64,000 nucleotides of DNA from Eledone cirrhosa (taxonomy: Eukaryota). The stretch's first letter is position 1; each line of letters starts with the position of its first letter. Under the pieces are notes generated by a model. The model did not search any database, had not been told where the DNA came from, and saw only the letters and a program-made list of their open reading frames with translations. The stretch lies in NCBI GenBank assembly GCA_964016885.1, contig OZ024745.1, positions 4,898,001 through 4,962,000 on the forward strand. The letters are read 5' to 3'. Shown in pieces: positions 1-15,000 of the stretch. A program made the translations under genes and the position numbers.

Positions 1-3000
1 TTGATGGGAGAGACAATAGTGATGACAGTAACCATCACCATCAGCATTATATTGATGAGAGAGACAATAGTGATGACAGTAAACATCACCATCACCATCA
101 AGATTATATTGATGGTAGAGACAATAGTGATGACAGTAACCATCACCATCAGGATTATATTGATGGGAGAGACAATAGTGATGACAGAAACCATCGCCAT
201 CAAGATTATATTGATGGGAGAGACAATAGTGATGACAGTAAACATAACCATCACCATCAAGATTATATTGATGGGAGAGACAATAGTGATGACAGTAACC
301 ATCACCATCAGGATTATATTGATGGGAGAGACAATAGTGATGACAGTAACCATCACCATCAGGATTGTATTGATGGGAGAGACAATAGTGATGACAGTAA
401 CCATCACCATCAAGATTATATTGATGGGAGAGACAATAGTGATGACAGTAACCATCACCATCAAGATTATATTGTTGGGAGAGACAATAGTGATGACAGT
501 AACCATCACCATCAAGATTATATTGATGGGAGAGACAATAGTGATGACAGTAACCATCACCATCAAGATTATATTGATGGGAGAGACAATATTGATGACA
601 GTAACCATCACCATCAAGATTATATTGATGGGAGAGACAATAGTGATGACAGTAACCATCACCATCAGCATTATATTGATGGGAGAAAGAATAGTGATGA
701 CAGTAACCATCACCATCACCATCAGCATTATATTGATGGGAAAGACAATAGTGATGACAGTAACCATCACCATCATCATCAGGATTATATTGATGGGAGA
801 GAGAATAGTGATGACAGTAACCATCACCATCAAGATTATATTGATGGGAGAGACAATAGTGATGACAGTAACCATCATCATCAAGATTATATTGATGGGA
901 GAGACAATAGTGATGACAGTAACCATCACCATCACTATCAAGATTATATTGATGGGAGAGACAATAGTGATGACAGTAACCATCACCATCAGGATTATAT
1001 TGATGGGAGAAACAATAGTGATGACAGTAACCATCATCATCACCATCAAGATTATATTGATGGGAGAAACAATAGTGATGACAGTAACCATCACCATCAA
1101 GATTATATTAATGGGAGAGACAATAGTGATGACAGTAACCATCACCATCACCATAGGGATTATATTGATGGGAGAGACAATAGTGATGACAGTAACCATA
1201 ACCATCAAGATTATATTGATGGGAGAGACAATAGTGATGACAGTAACCATCACCATCAAGATTATATTGATGGGAGAGACAATAGTGATGACAGTAACCA
1301 TCACCATCATTATATTGATGGGAGAGACAATAATGATGACAGTAACCATCACCATCAGGATTATATTGATGGGAGAGACAATAGTGATGACAGAAACCAT
1401 CACCATCGCCATCAAGATTATATTGATGGGAGAGACAATAGTGATGACAGTAACCATCACCATCAGCATTATATTGATGGGAGAGACAATAGTGATGACA
1501 GTAACCATCACCATCAAGATTATATTGATGGGAGAGACAATAGTGATGACAGTAACCATCACTATCAAGATTATGTTGATGGGAGAGACAATAGTGATGA
1601 CAGTAACCATCACCATCAAGATTATATTGATGGGAGAGACAATAGTGATGACAGTAACCATCACCATCAGCATTATATTGATGGGAGAGACAATAGTGAT
1701 GACAGTAACCATCACCATCAAGATTATATTGATGGGAGAGACAATAGTGATGACAGTAACCATCACGATCACCATCAAGATTATATTGATGGGAGAGACA
1801 ATTGTGATGACAGTAACCATCACCATCAAGATTATATTGATGGGAGAGACAATAGTGATGACAGTAACCATCACCATCAGGATTATATTGATGGGAGAGA
1901 CAATAGTGATGACAGTAACCATCACCATCAAGATTATATTGATGGCAGAGACAATAGTGATGACAGTAACCATCACCATCACCATCAAGATTATATTGAT
2001 GGGAGAGACAATAGTGATGACAGTAACCATCACCATCAAGATTATATTGATGGGAGAGACAATAGTGATGACAGTAACCATCACCATCAGGATTATATTG
2101 ATGGGAGAGACAATAGTGATGACAGTAACCATCACCATCAAGATTATATTGATGGGAGAGACAATAGTGATGACAGTAACCATCACCATCAAGATTATAT
2201 TGATAGGAGAGACAATTGTGATGACAGTAACCATCACCATCACCATCAGCATTATATTGATGGGAGAGACAATAGTGATGACAGTAACCATCACCATCAG
2301 CATTATATTGATGAGAGAGACAATAGTGATGACAGTAACCATCACCATCAAGATTATATTGATGGGAGAGACAATAGTGATGACAGTAACCATCACCATC
2401 AAGATTATATTGATAGGAGAGACAATTGTGATGACAGTAACCATCACCATCACCATCAGCATTATATTGATGGGAGAGACAATTGTGATGACAGTAACCA
2501 TCACCATCACCATCAAGATTATATTGATGGGAGAGACAATATTGATGACAGTAACGATCACCATCCCCATCAGCATTATATTGATGGGAGAAACAATAGT
2601 GATGATAGTAACCATCACCATCAGCATTATATTGATGGGAGAGACAATAGTGATGACAGTAACCATCACCATCAGGATTATATTGATGGGAGAGAGAATA
2701 GTGATGACAGTAACCATCACCATCACCATCAAGAATATATTGATGGGAGAGACAATAGTGATGACAGTAACCATCACCATCAAGATTATATTGATAGGAG
2801 AGACAATTGTGATGACAGTAACCATCACCATCACCATCAAGATTATATTGATGGGAGAGACAATTGTGATGACAGTAACCATCACCATCAAGATTATATT
2901 GATGGGAGAGACAATATTGATGACAGTAACCATCACCATCCCCATCAGCATTATATTGATGGGAGAAACAATAGTGATGATAGTAACCATCACCATCAGC

Positions 3001-6000
3001 ATTATATTGATGGGAGAGACAATAGTGATGACAGTAACCATCACCATCAGGATTATATTGATGGGAGAGACAATATTGATGACAGTAACCATCACCATCA
3101 AGATTATATTGATGGGAGAGACAATAGAGATGACAGTAACCATCACCATCACTATCAAGATTATATTGATGGGAGAGACAATAGTGATGACAGTAACCAT
3201 CACCATCACTATCAGGATTATATTGATGGGAGAAACAATAGTGATGACAGTAACCATCACCATCAATATTATATTGATGGGAGAAACAATAGTGATGACA
3301 GTAACCATCACCATCAAGATTATATTGATGGGAGAGACAATAGTGATGACAGTAACCATCACCATCACCATCAAGATTATATTGATGGGAGAGACAATAG
3401 TGATGACAGTAACCATAACCATCACCATCAGGATTATATTGATGGGAGAAACAATAGTGATGACAGTAACCATCACCATCAGGATTATATTGATGGGAGA
3501 GACAATAGTGATGACAGTAACTATCACCATCACCATCAAGATTATATTGATGGGAGAGACAATAGTGATGACAGTAACCATCACCATCAGGATTATATTG
3601 ATGGGAGAGACAATAGTGATGACAGAAAGCATCACCATCGCCATCAAGATTATATTGATGGGAGAGACAATAGTGATGACAGTAAACATAACCATCACCA
3701 TCAAGATTATATTGATGGGAGAGACAATAGTGATGACAGTAACCATCACCATCACCATCAAGATTATATTGATGGGAGAGACAATAGTGATGACAGTAAC
3801 CATCACCATCAGCATTATATTGATGAGAGAGACAATAGTGATGACAGTAAACATCACCATCACCATCAAGATTATATTGATGGTAGAGACAATAGTGATG
3901 ACAGTAACCATCACCATCAGGATTATATTGATGGGAGAGACAATAGTGATGACAGAAACCATCGCCATCAAGATTATATTGATGGGAGAGACAATAGTGA
4001 TGACAGTAAACATAACCATCACCATCAAGATTATATTGATGGGAGAGACAATAGTGATGACAGTAACCATCACCATCAGGATTATATTGATGGGAGAGAC
4101 AATAGTGATGACAGTAACCATCACCATCAGGATTGTATTGATGGGAGAGACAATAGTGATGACAGTAACCATCACCATCAAGATTATATTGATGGGAGAG
4201 ACAATAGTGATGACAGTAACCATCACCATCAAGATTATATTGTTGGGAGAGACAATAGTGATGACAGTAACCATCACCATCACCATCAAGATTATATTGA
4301 TGGGAGAGACAATAGTGATGACAGTAACCATCACCATCAAGATTATATTGATGGGAGAGACAATATTGATGACAGTAACCATCACCATCAAGATTATATT
4401 GATGGGAGAGACAATAGTGATGACAGTAACCATCACCATCAGCATTATATTGATGGGAGAAAGAATAGTGATGACAGTAACCATCACCATCACCATCAGC
4501 ATTATATTGATGGGAAAGACAATAGTGATGACAGTAACCATCACCATCATCATCAGGATTATATTGATGGGAGAGAGAATAGTGATGACAGTAACCATCA
4601 CCATCAAGATTATATTGATGGGAGAGACAATAGTGATGACAGTAACCATCATCATCAAGATTATATTGATGGGAGAGACAATAGTGATGACAGTAACCAT
4701 CACCATCACTATCAAGATTATATTGATGGGAGAGACAATAGTGATGACAGTAACCATCACCATCAGGATTATATTGATGGGAGAAACAATAGTGATGACA
4801 GTAACCATCATCATCACCATCAAGATTATATTGATGGGAGAAACAATAGTGATGACAGTAACCATCACCTTCAAGATTATATTAATGGGAGAGACAATAG
4901 TGATGACAGTAACCATCACCATCATCATAGGGATTATATTGATGGGAGAGACAATAGTGATGACAGTAACCATAACCATCAATATTATATTGATGGGAGA
5001 GACAATAGTGATGACAGTAACCATCACCATCAAGATTATATTGATGGGAGAGACAATAGTGATGACAGTAACCATCACCATCAGCATTATATTGATGGGA
5101 GAGACAATAGTGATGACAGTAACCATCACCATCAGGATTATATTGATGGGAGAGACAATAGTGATGACAGAAACCATCACCATCGCCATCAAGATTATAT
5201 TGATGGGAGAGACAATACTGATGACAGTAACCATCACCATCACCATCAGCATTATATTGATGGGAGAGACAATAGTGATGACAGTAACCATCACCATCAA
5301 GATTATATTGATGGGAGAGACAATAGTGATGACAGTAACCATCACTATCAAGATTATGTTGATGGGAGAGACAATAGTGATGACAGTAACCATCACCATC
5401 AAGATTATATTGATGGGAGAGACAATAGTGATGACAGTAACCATCACCATCAGCATTATATTGATGGGAGAGACAATAGTGATGACAGTAACCATCACCA
5501 TCAAGATTATATTGATGGGAGAGACAATAGTGATGACAGTAACCATCACGATCACCATCAAGATTATATTGATGGGAGAGACAATTGTGATGACAGTAAC
5601 CATCACCATCAAGATTATATTGATGGGAGAGACAATAGTGATGACAGTAACCATCACCATCAGGATTATATTGATGGGAGAGACAATAGTGATGACAGTA
5701 ACCATCACCATCAAGATTATATTGATGGGAGAGACAATAGTGATGACAGTAACCATCACCATCAAGATTATATTGATAGGAGAGACAATTGTGATGACAG
5801 TAACCATCACCATCACCATCAGCATTATATTGATGGGAGAGACAATAGTGATGACAGTAACCATCACCATGACCATCAATATTATATTGATAGGAGAGAC
5901 AATTGTGATGACAGTAACCATCACCATCACCATCAGCATTATATTGATGGGAGAGACAATAGTGATGACAGTAACCATCACCATCAGCATTATATTGATG

Positions 6001-9000
6001 AGAGAGACAATAGTGATGACAGTAACCATCACCATCAAGATTATATTGATGGGAGAGACAATAGTGATGACAGTAACCATCACCATCACCATCAAGATTA
6101 TATTGATAGGAGAGACAATTGTGATGACAGTAACCATCACCATCACCATCAGCATTATATTGATGGGAGAGACAATTGTGATGACAGTAACCATCACCAT
6201 CACCATCAAGATTATATTGATGGGAGAGACAATATTGATGACAGTAACGATCACCATCCCCATCAGCATTATATTGATGGGAGAAACAATAGTGATGATA
6301 GTAACCATCACCATCAGCATTATATTGATGGGAGAGACAATAGTGATGACAGTAACCATCACCATCAGAATTATATTGATGGGAGAGAGAATAGTGATGA
6401 CAGTAACCATCACCATCACCATCAAGATTATATTGATGGGAGAGACAATAGTGATGACAGTAACCATCACCATCAAGATTATATTGATAGGAGAGACAAT
6501 TGTGATGACAGTAACCATCACCATCACCATCAAGATTATATTGATGGGAGAGACAATTGTGATGACAGTAACCATCACCATCAAGATTATATTGATGGGA
6601 GAGACAATATTGATGACAGTAACCATCACCATCCCCATCAGCATTATATTGATGGGAGAAACAATAGTGATGATAGTAACCATCACCATCAGCATTATAT
6701 TGATGGGAGAGACAATAGTGATGACAGTAACCATCACCATCAGGATTATATTGATGGGAGAGACAATAGTGATGACAGTAACCATCACCATCAAGATTAT
6801 ATTGATGGGAGAGACAATAGAGATGACAGTAACCATCACCATCACTATCAAGATTATATTGATGGGAGAGACAATAGTGATGACAGTAACCATCACCATC
6901 ACTATCAGGATTATATTGATGGGAGAAACAATAGTGATGACAGTAACCATCACCATCAATATTATATTGATGGGAGAAACAATAGTGATGACATTAACCA
7001 TCACCATCAAGATTATATTGATGGGAGAGACAATAGTGATGACAGTAACCATCACCATCACCATCAAGATTATATTGATGGGAGAGACAATAGTGATGAC
7101 AGTAACCATAACCATCACCATCAGGATTATATTGATGGGAGAAACAATAGTGATGACAGTAACCATCACCATCAGGATTATATTGATGGGAGAGACAATA
7201 GTGATGACAGTAACTATCACCATCACCATCAAGATTATATTGATGGGAGAGACAATAGTGATGACAGTAACCATCACCATCAGGATTATATTGATGGGAG
7301 AGACAATAGTGATGACAGAAAGCATCACCATCGCCATCAAGATTATATTGATGGGAGAGACAATAGTGATGACAGTAAACATAACCATCACCATCAAGAT
7401 TATATTGATGGGAGAGACAATAGTGATGACAGTAACCATCACCATCACCATCAAGATTATATTGATGGGAGAGACAATAGTGATGACAGTAACCATCACC
7501 ATCAGCATTATATTGATGAGAGAGACAATAGTGATGACAGTAAACATCACCATCACCATCAAGATTATATTGATGGTAGAGACAATAGTGATGACAGTAA
7601 CCATCACCATCAGGATTATATTGATGGGAGAGACAATAGTGATGACAGAAACCATCGCCATCAAGATTATATTGATGGGAGAGACAATAGTGATGACAGT
7701 AAACATAACCATCACCATCAAGATTATATTGATGGGAGAGACAATAGTGATGACAGTAACCATCACCATCAGGATTATATTGATGGGAGAGACAATAGTG
7801 ATGACAGTAACCATCACCATCAGGATTGTATTGATGGGAGAGACAATAGTGATGACAGTAACCATCACCATCAAGATTATATTGATGGGAGAGACAATAG
7901 TGATGACAGTAACCATCACCATCAAGATTATATTGTTGGGAGAGACAATAGTGATGACAGTAACCATCACCATCACCATCAAGATTATATTGATGGGAGA
8001 GACAATAGTGATGACAGTAACCATCACCATCAAGATTATATTGATGGGAGAGACAATATTGATGACAGTAACCATCACCATCAAGATTATATTGATGGGA
8101 GAGACAATAGTGATGACAGTAACCATCACCATCAGCATTATATTGATGGGAGAAAGAATAGTGATGACAGTAACCATCACCATCACCATCAGCATTATAT
8201 TGATGGGAAAGACAATAGTGATGACAGTAACCATCACCATCATCATCAGGATTATATTGATGGGAGAGAGAATAGTGATGACAGTAACCATCACCATCAA
8301 GATTATATTGATGGGAGAGACAATAGTGATGACAGTAACCATCATCATCAAGATTATATTGATGGGAGAGACAATAGTGATGACAGTAACCATCACCATC
8401 ACTATCAAGATTATATTGATGGGAGAGACAATAGTGATGACAGTAACCATCACCATCAGGATTATATTGATGGGAGAAACAATAGTGATGACAGTAACCA
8501 TCATCATCACCATCAAGATTATATTGATGGGAGAAACAATAGTGATGACAGTAACCATCACCTTCAAGATTATATTAATGGGAGAGACAATAGTGATGAC
8601 AGTAACCATCACCATCACCATAGGGATTATATTGATGGGAGAGACAATAGTGATGACAGTAACCATCACTATCAAGATTATGTTGATGGGAGAGACAATA
8701 GTGATGACAGTAACCATCACCATCACCATCAGCATTATATTGATGGGAGAAACAATAGTGATGACAGTAACCATCACCATCAGCATTATATTGATGGGAG
8801 AGACAATAGTGATGACAGTAACCATTACCATCAAGATTATATTGATGGGAGAGACAATAGTGATGACAGTAACCATCACCATCAGGATTATATTGATGGG
8901 AGAGACAATAGTGATGACAGTAACTATCACCATCAGGATTGTATTGATGGGAGAGACAATAATGATGACAGTAATCATCACCATCAAGATTATATTGATG

Positions 9001-12000
9001 GGAGAGACAATAGTGATGACAGTAACCATCACCATCAGGATTATATTGATGGGAGAGACAATAGTGATGACAGTAACCATCACCATCAAGATTATATTGA
9101 TGGGAGAGACAATAGTGATGACAGTAACCATCACTATCAAGATTATATTGATGGGAGAGACAATAGTGATGACAGTAACCATCACCATCAGCATTATATT
9201 GATGGGAGAAACAATAGTGATGACAGTAACCATCACCATCAAGATTATATTGATGGGAGAGACCATAGTGATGACAGTAACCATCACCATCAGGATTATA
9301 TTGATGGAAGAGACAATAGTGATGACAGTAACCATCACCATCACCATCAAGATTATATTGATGGGAGAGTCAATAGTGATGACAGTAACCATCACTATCA
9401 AGATTATATTGATGGGAGAGACAATAGTGATGACAGTAACCATCACCATCAGCATTATATTGATGGGAGAGACAATAGTGATGACAGTAACCATCACCAT
9501 CAGCATTATATTGATGGGAGTGACAATAGTGATGACAGTAACCATCACCATCAGCATTATATTGATGGGAGTGACAATAGTGATGACAGTAACCATCACC
9601 ATCAAGATTATATTGATGGGAGAGACAATAGTGATGACAGTAACCATCACCATCAGCATTATATTGATGAGAGAGACAATAGTGATGACAGTAACCATCA
9701 CCATCACCATCAAGATTATATTGATGGGAGAGACAATAGTGATGACAGTAACCATCACCATCAAGATTATATTGATGGGAGAGACAATAGTGATGACAGT
9801 AACCATCACCATCAGCATTATATTGATGGGAGAGACAATAGTGATGACAGTAACCATCACCATCAAGATTATATTGATGGGAGAGACAATAGTGATGACA
9901 GTAACCATCACGATCACCATCAAGATTATATTGATGGGAGAGACAATTGTGATGACAGTAACCATCACCATCAAGATTATATTGATGGGAGAGACAATAT
10001 TGATGACAGTAACCATCACCATCAAGATTATATTGATGGGAGAGACAATAGTGATGACAGTAACCATCACCATCAGCATTATATTGATGGGAGAAAGAAT
10101 AGTGATGACAGTAACCATCACGATCAGCATTATATTGATGGGAAAGACAATAGTGATGACAGTAACCATCATCATCAGGATTATATTGATGGGAGAGAGA
10201 ATAGTGATGACAGTAACCATCACCATCAAGATTATATTGATGGGAGAGACAATAGTGATCACAGTAACCATCATCATCAAGATTATATTGATGGGAGAGA
10301 CAATAGTGATGACAGTAACCATCACCATCACTATCAAGATTATATTGATGGGAGAGACAATAGTGATGACAGTAACCATCACCATCAGGATTATATTGAT
10401 GGGAGAAACAATAGTGATGACAGTAACCATCACCATCAAGATTATATTGATGAGAGAAACAATAGTGATGACAGTAACCATCACCTTCAAGATTATATTG
10501 ACGGGAGAGACAATAGTGATGACAGTAACCATCACCATCACCATCGGGATTATATTGATGGGAGAGACAATAGTGATGACAGTAACCATCACCATCAAGA
10601 TTATATTGATGGGAGAGACAATAGTGATGACAGTAACCATCACCATCAAGATTATATTGATGGGAGAGACAATAGTGATGACAGTAACCATCACCATCAG
10701 CATTATATTGATGGGAGAGACAATAGTGATGACAGTAACCATCACCATCAGGATTATATTGATGGGAGAGACAATAGTGATGACAGAAACCATAACCATC
10801 GCCATCAAGATTATATTGATGGGAGAGACAATAGTGATGACAGTAAACATAACCATCACCATCAAGATTATATTGATGGGAGAGACAATAGTGATGACAG
10901 TAACCATCACCATCAGGATTATATTGATGGGAGAGACAATAGTGATGACAGTAACCATCACCATCAAGATTATATTGATGGGAGAGACAATAGTGATGAC
11001 AGTAACCATCACTATCAAGATTATGTTGATGGGATAGACAATAGTGATGACAGTAACCATCACCATCAGCATTATATTGATGGGAGAAACAATAGTGATG
11101 ACAGTAACCATCACCATCAGCATTATATTGATGGGAGAGACAATAGTGATGACAGTAACCATCACCATCAAGATTATATTGATGGGAGAGACAATAGTGA
11201 TGACAGTAACCATCACCTTCAAGATTATATTGATGGGAGAGACAATAGTGATGACAGTAACCATCACCATCGGTATTATATTGATGGGAGAGACAATAGT
11301 GATGACAGTAACCATCACCATCAGCATTATATTGATGGGAGAGACAATAGTGATGACAGTAACCATCACTATCAAGATTATATTGATGGGAGAGACAATA
11401 GTGATGACAGTAACCATCACCATCAGGATTATATTGATGGGAGAGACAATAGTGATGACAGTAACCATCACCATCAGGATTGTATTGATGAGAGAGACAA
11501 TAGTGATGACAGTAACCATCACCATCAAGATTATATTGATGGGAGAGACAATAGTGATGACAGTAACCATCACCATCAGGATTATATTGATGGCAGAGAC
11601 AATAGTGATGACAGTAACCATCACCATCAAGATTATATTGATGGGAGAGACAATAGTGATGACAGTAACCATCACCATCAGCATTATATTGATGGGAGAG
11701 ACAATAGTGATGACAGTAACCATCACCATCAAGATTATATTGATGGGAGAGACAATAGTGATGACAGTAACCATCACCATCAAGATTATATTGATGGGAG
11801 AGACAATAGTGATGACAGTAACCATCACTATCAGGATTATATTGATGGGAGAAACAATAGTGATGACAGTAACCATCACCATCACCATCAAGATTATATT
11901 GATGGGAGAGACAATAGTGATGACAGTAACCATCACCATCAAGATTATATTGATGGGAGAGACAATAGTGATGACAGTAACCATCACTATCAAGATTATA

Positions 12001-15000
12001 TTCATGGGAGAGACAATAGTGATGACAGTAACCATCACCATCAGCATTATATTGATGGGAGAAACAATAGTGATGACAGTAACCATCACCATCAGCATTA
12101 TATTGATGGGAGAGACAATAGTGATGAGAGTAACCATCACCATCAAGATTATATTGATGGCAGAGACAATAGTGATGACAGTAACCATCACCATCACCAT
12201 CAGGATTGTATTGATGGGAGAGACAATAGTGATGACAGTAACCATCACCATCAAGATTATATTGATGGGAGAGACAATAGTGATGACAGTAACCATCACC
12301 ATCAGGATTATATTGATGGGAGAGACAATAGTGATGACAGTAACCATCACCATCAAGATTATATTGATGGGAGAGACAATAGTGATGACAGTAACCATCA
12401 CCATCAAGATTATGTTGATGGGAGAGACAATAGTGATGGCAGTAACCATCACCATCACCATCAGCATTATATTGATGGGAGAAACAATAGTGATGACAGT
12501 AACCATCACCATCAGGATTATATTGATGGGAGAGACAATAGTGATGACAGTAACCATCACCGTCAGGATTATATTGATGGGAGAGACAATAGTGATGACA
12601 GTAACCATCACCATCAAGATTATATTGATGGGAGAGACAATAGTGATGACAGTAACCATCACCATCAGGATTATATTGATGGGAGAGTCAATAGTGATGA
12701 CAGTAACCATCACCATCAAGATTATATTGATGGGAGAGACAATAGTGATGACAGTAACCATCACCATCAAGATTATGTTGATGGGAGAGACAATAGTGAT
12801 GGCAGTAACCATCACCATCACCATCAGCATTATATTGATGGGAGAAACAATAGTGATGACAGTAACCATCACCATCAGCATTATGTTGATGGGAGAGACA
12901 ATAGTGATGACAGTAACCATCACCATCAGGATTATATTGATGGGAGAGACAATAGTGATGACAGTAACCATCACCATCAGGATTATATTGATGGGAGAGA
13001 CAATAGTGATGACAGTAACCATAACCATCACCATCAGGATTATATTGATGGGAGAGTCAATAGTGATGACAGTAACCATCACCATCAAGATTATATTGAT
13101 GGGAGAGACAATAGTGATGACAGTAACCATCACCATCAGCATTATATTGATGGGAGAAACAATAGTGATGACAGTAACCATCACCACCAGCATTATATTG
13201 ATGGGAGAGACAATAGTGATGACAGTAACCATCACCATCAAGATTATATTGATGGGAGAGACAATAGTGATGACAGTAACCATCACCATCAAGATTATAT
13301 TGATGGGAGAGACAATAGTGATGACAGTAACCATCACCATCAGGATTATATTGATGGGAGAGTCAATAGTGATGACAGTAACCATCACCATCAAGATTAT
13401 ATTGATGGGAGAGACAATAGTGATGACAGTAACCATCACCATCAGGATTATATTGATGGGAGAGACAATAGTGATGACAGTAACCATCACCATCACCATC
13501 AGGATTATATTGATGGGAGAGTCAATAGTGATGACAGTAACCATCACCATCAAGATTATATTGATGGGAGAGACAATAGTAATGACAGTAACCATCACCA
13601 TCAGCATTATATTGATGGGAGAAACAATAGTGATGACAGTAACCATCACCACCAGCATTATATTGATGGGAGAGACAATAGTGATGACAGTAACCATCAC
13701 CATCAAGATTATATTGATGGGAGAGACAATAGTGATGACAGTAACCATCACCATCAGGATTATATTGATGGGAGAGAAATAGTGATGACAGTAACCATCA
13801 CCATCAGGATTGTATTGATGGGAGAGACAATAGTGATGACAGTAACCATCACCATCAAGATTATATTGATGGGAGAGACAATAGTGATGACAGTAACCTT
13901 CACCATCAGGATGATATTGATGGGAGAGACAATAGTGATGACAGTAACCATCACCATCAAGATTATATTGATGGGAGAGACAATAGTGATGACAGTAACC
14001 ATCACCATCTGCATTATATTGATGGGAGAGACAATAGTGATGACAGTAACCATCACCATCACTATCAGGATTATATTGATGGGAGAAACAATAGTGATGA
14101 CAGTAACCATCACCATCAAGATTATATTGATGGGAGAGACAATAGTGATGACAGTAACCATCACCATCACCATCAAGATTATATTGATGGGAGAGACAAT
14201 AGTGATGACAGTAACCATCACCATCAAGATTATATTGATGGGAGAGACAATAGTGATGACAGTAACCATCACCATCAGCATTATATTGATGGGAGAGACA
14301 ATAGTGATGACAGTAACCATCACTATCAAGATTATATTCATGGGAGAGACAATAGTGATGACAGTAACCATCACCATCACCATCAGCATTATATTGATGG
14401 GAGAAACAATAGTGATGACAGTAACCATCACCATCAGCATTATATTGATGGGAGAGACAATAGTGATGACAGTAACCATCACCATCAAGATTATATTGAT
14501 GGGAGAAACAATAGTGATGACAGTAACCATCACCATCACCATCAGGATTGTATTGATGGGAGAGACAATAGTGATGACAGTAAACATCACCATCAAGATT
14601 ATATTGATGGGAGAGACAATAGTGATGACAGTAACCATCACCATCAGGATTATATTGATGGGAGAGACAATAGTGATGACAGTAACCATCACCATCAAGA
14701 TTATATTGATGGGAGAGACAATAGTGATGACAGTAACCATCACCATCACCATCAGCATTATATTGATGGGAGAGACAATAGTGATGACAGTAACCATCAC
14801 CATCAAGATTATATTAATGGGAGAGACAATAGTGATGACAGTAACCATCACCATCACTATCAGGATTATATTGATGGGAGAAACAATAATGATGACAGTA
14901 ACCATCACCATCAAGATTATATTGATGGGAGAGACAATAGTGATGACAGTAACCATCACCATCACCATCAATATTATATTGATGGGAGAGACAATAGTGA

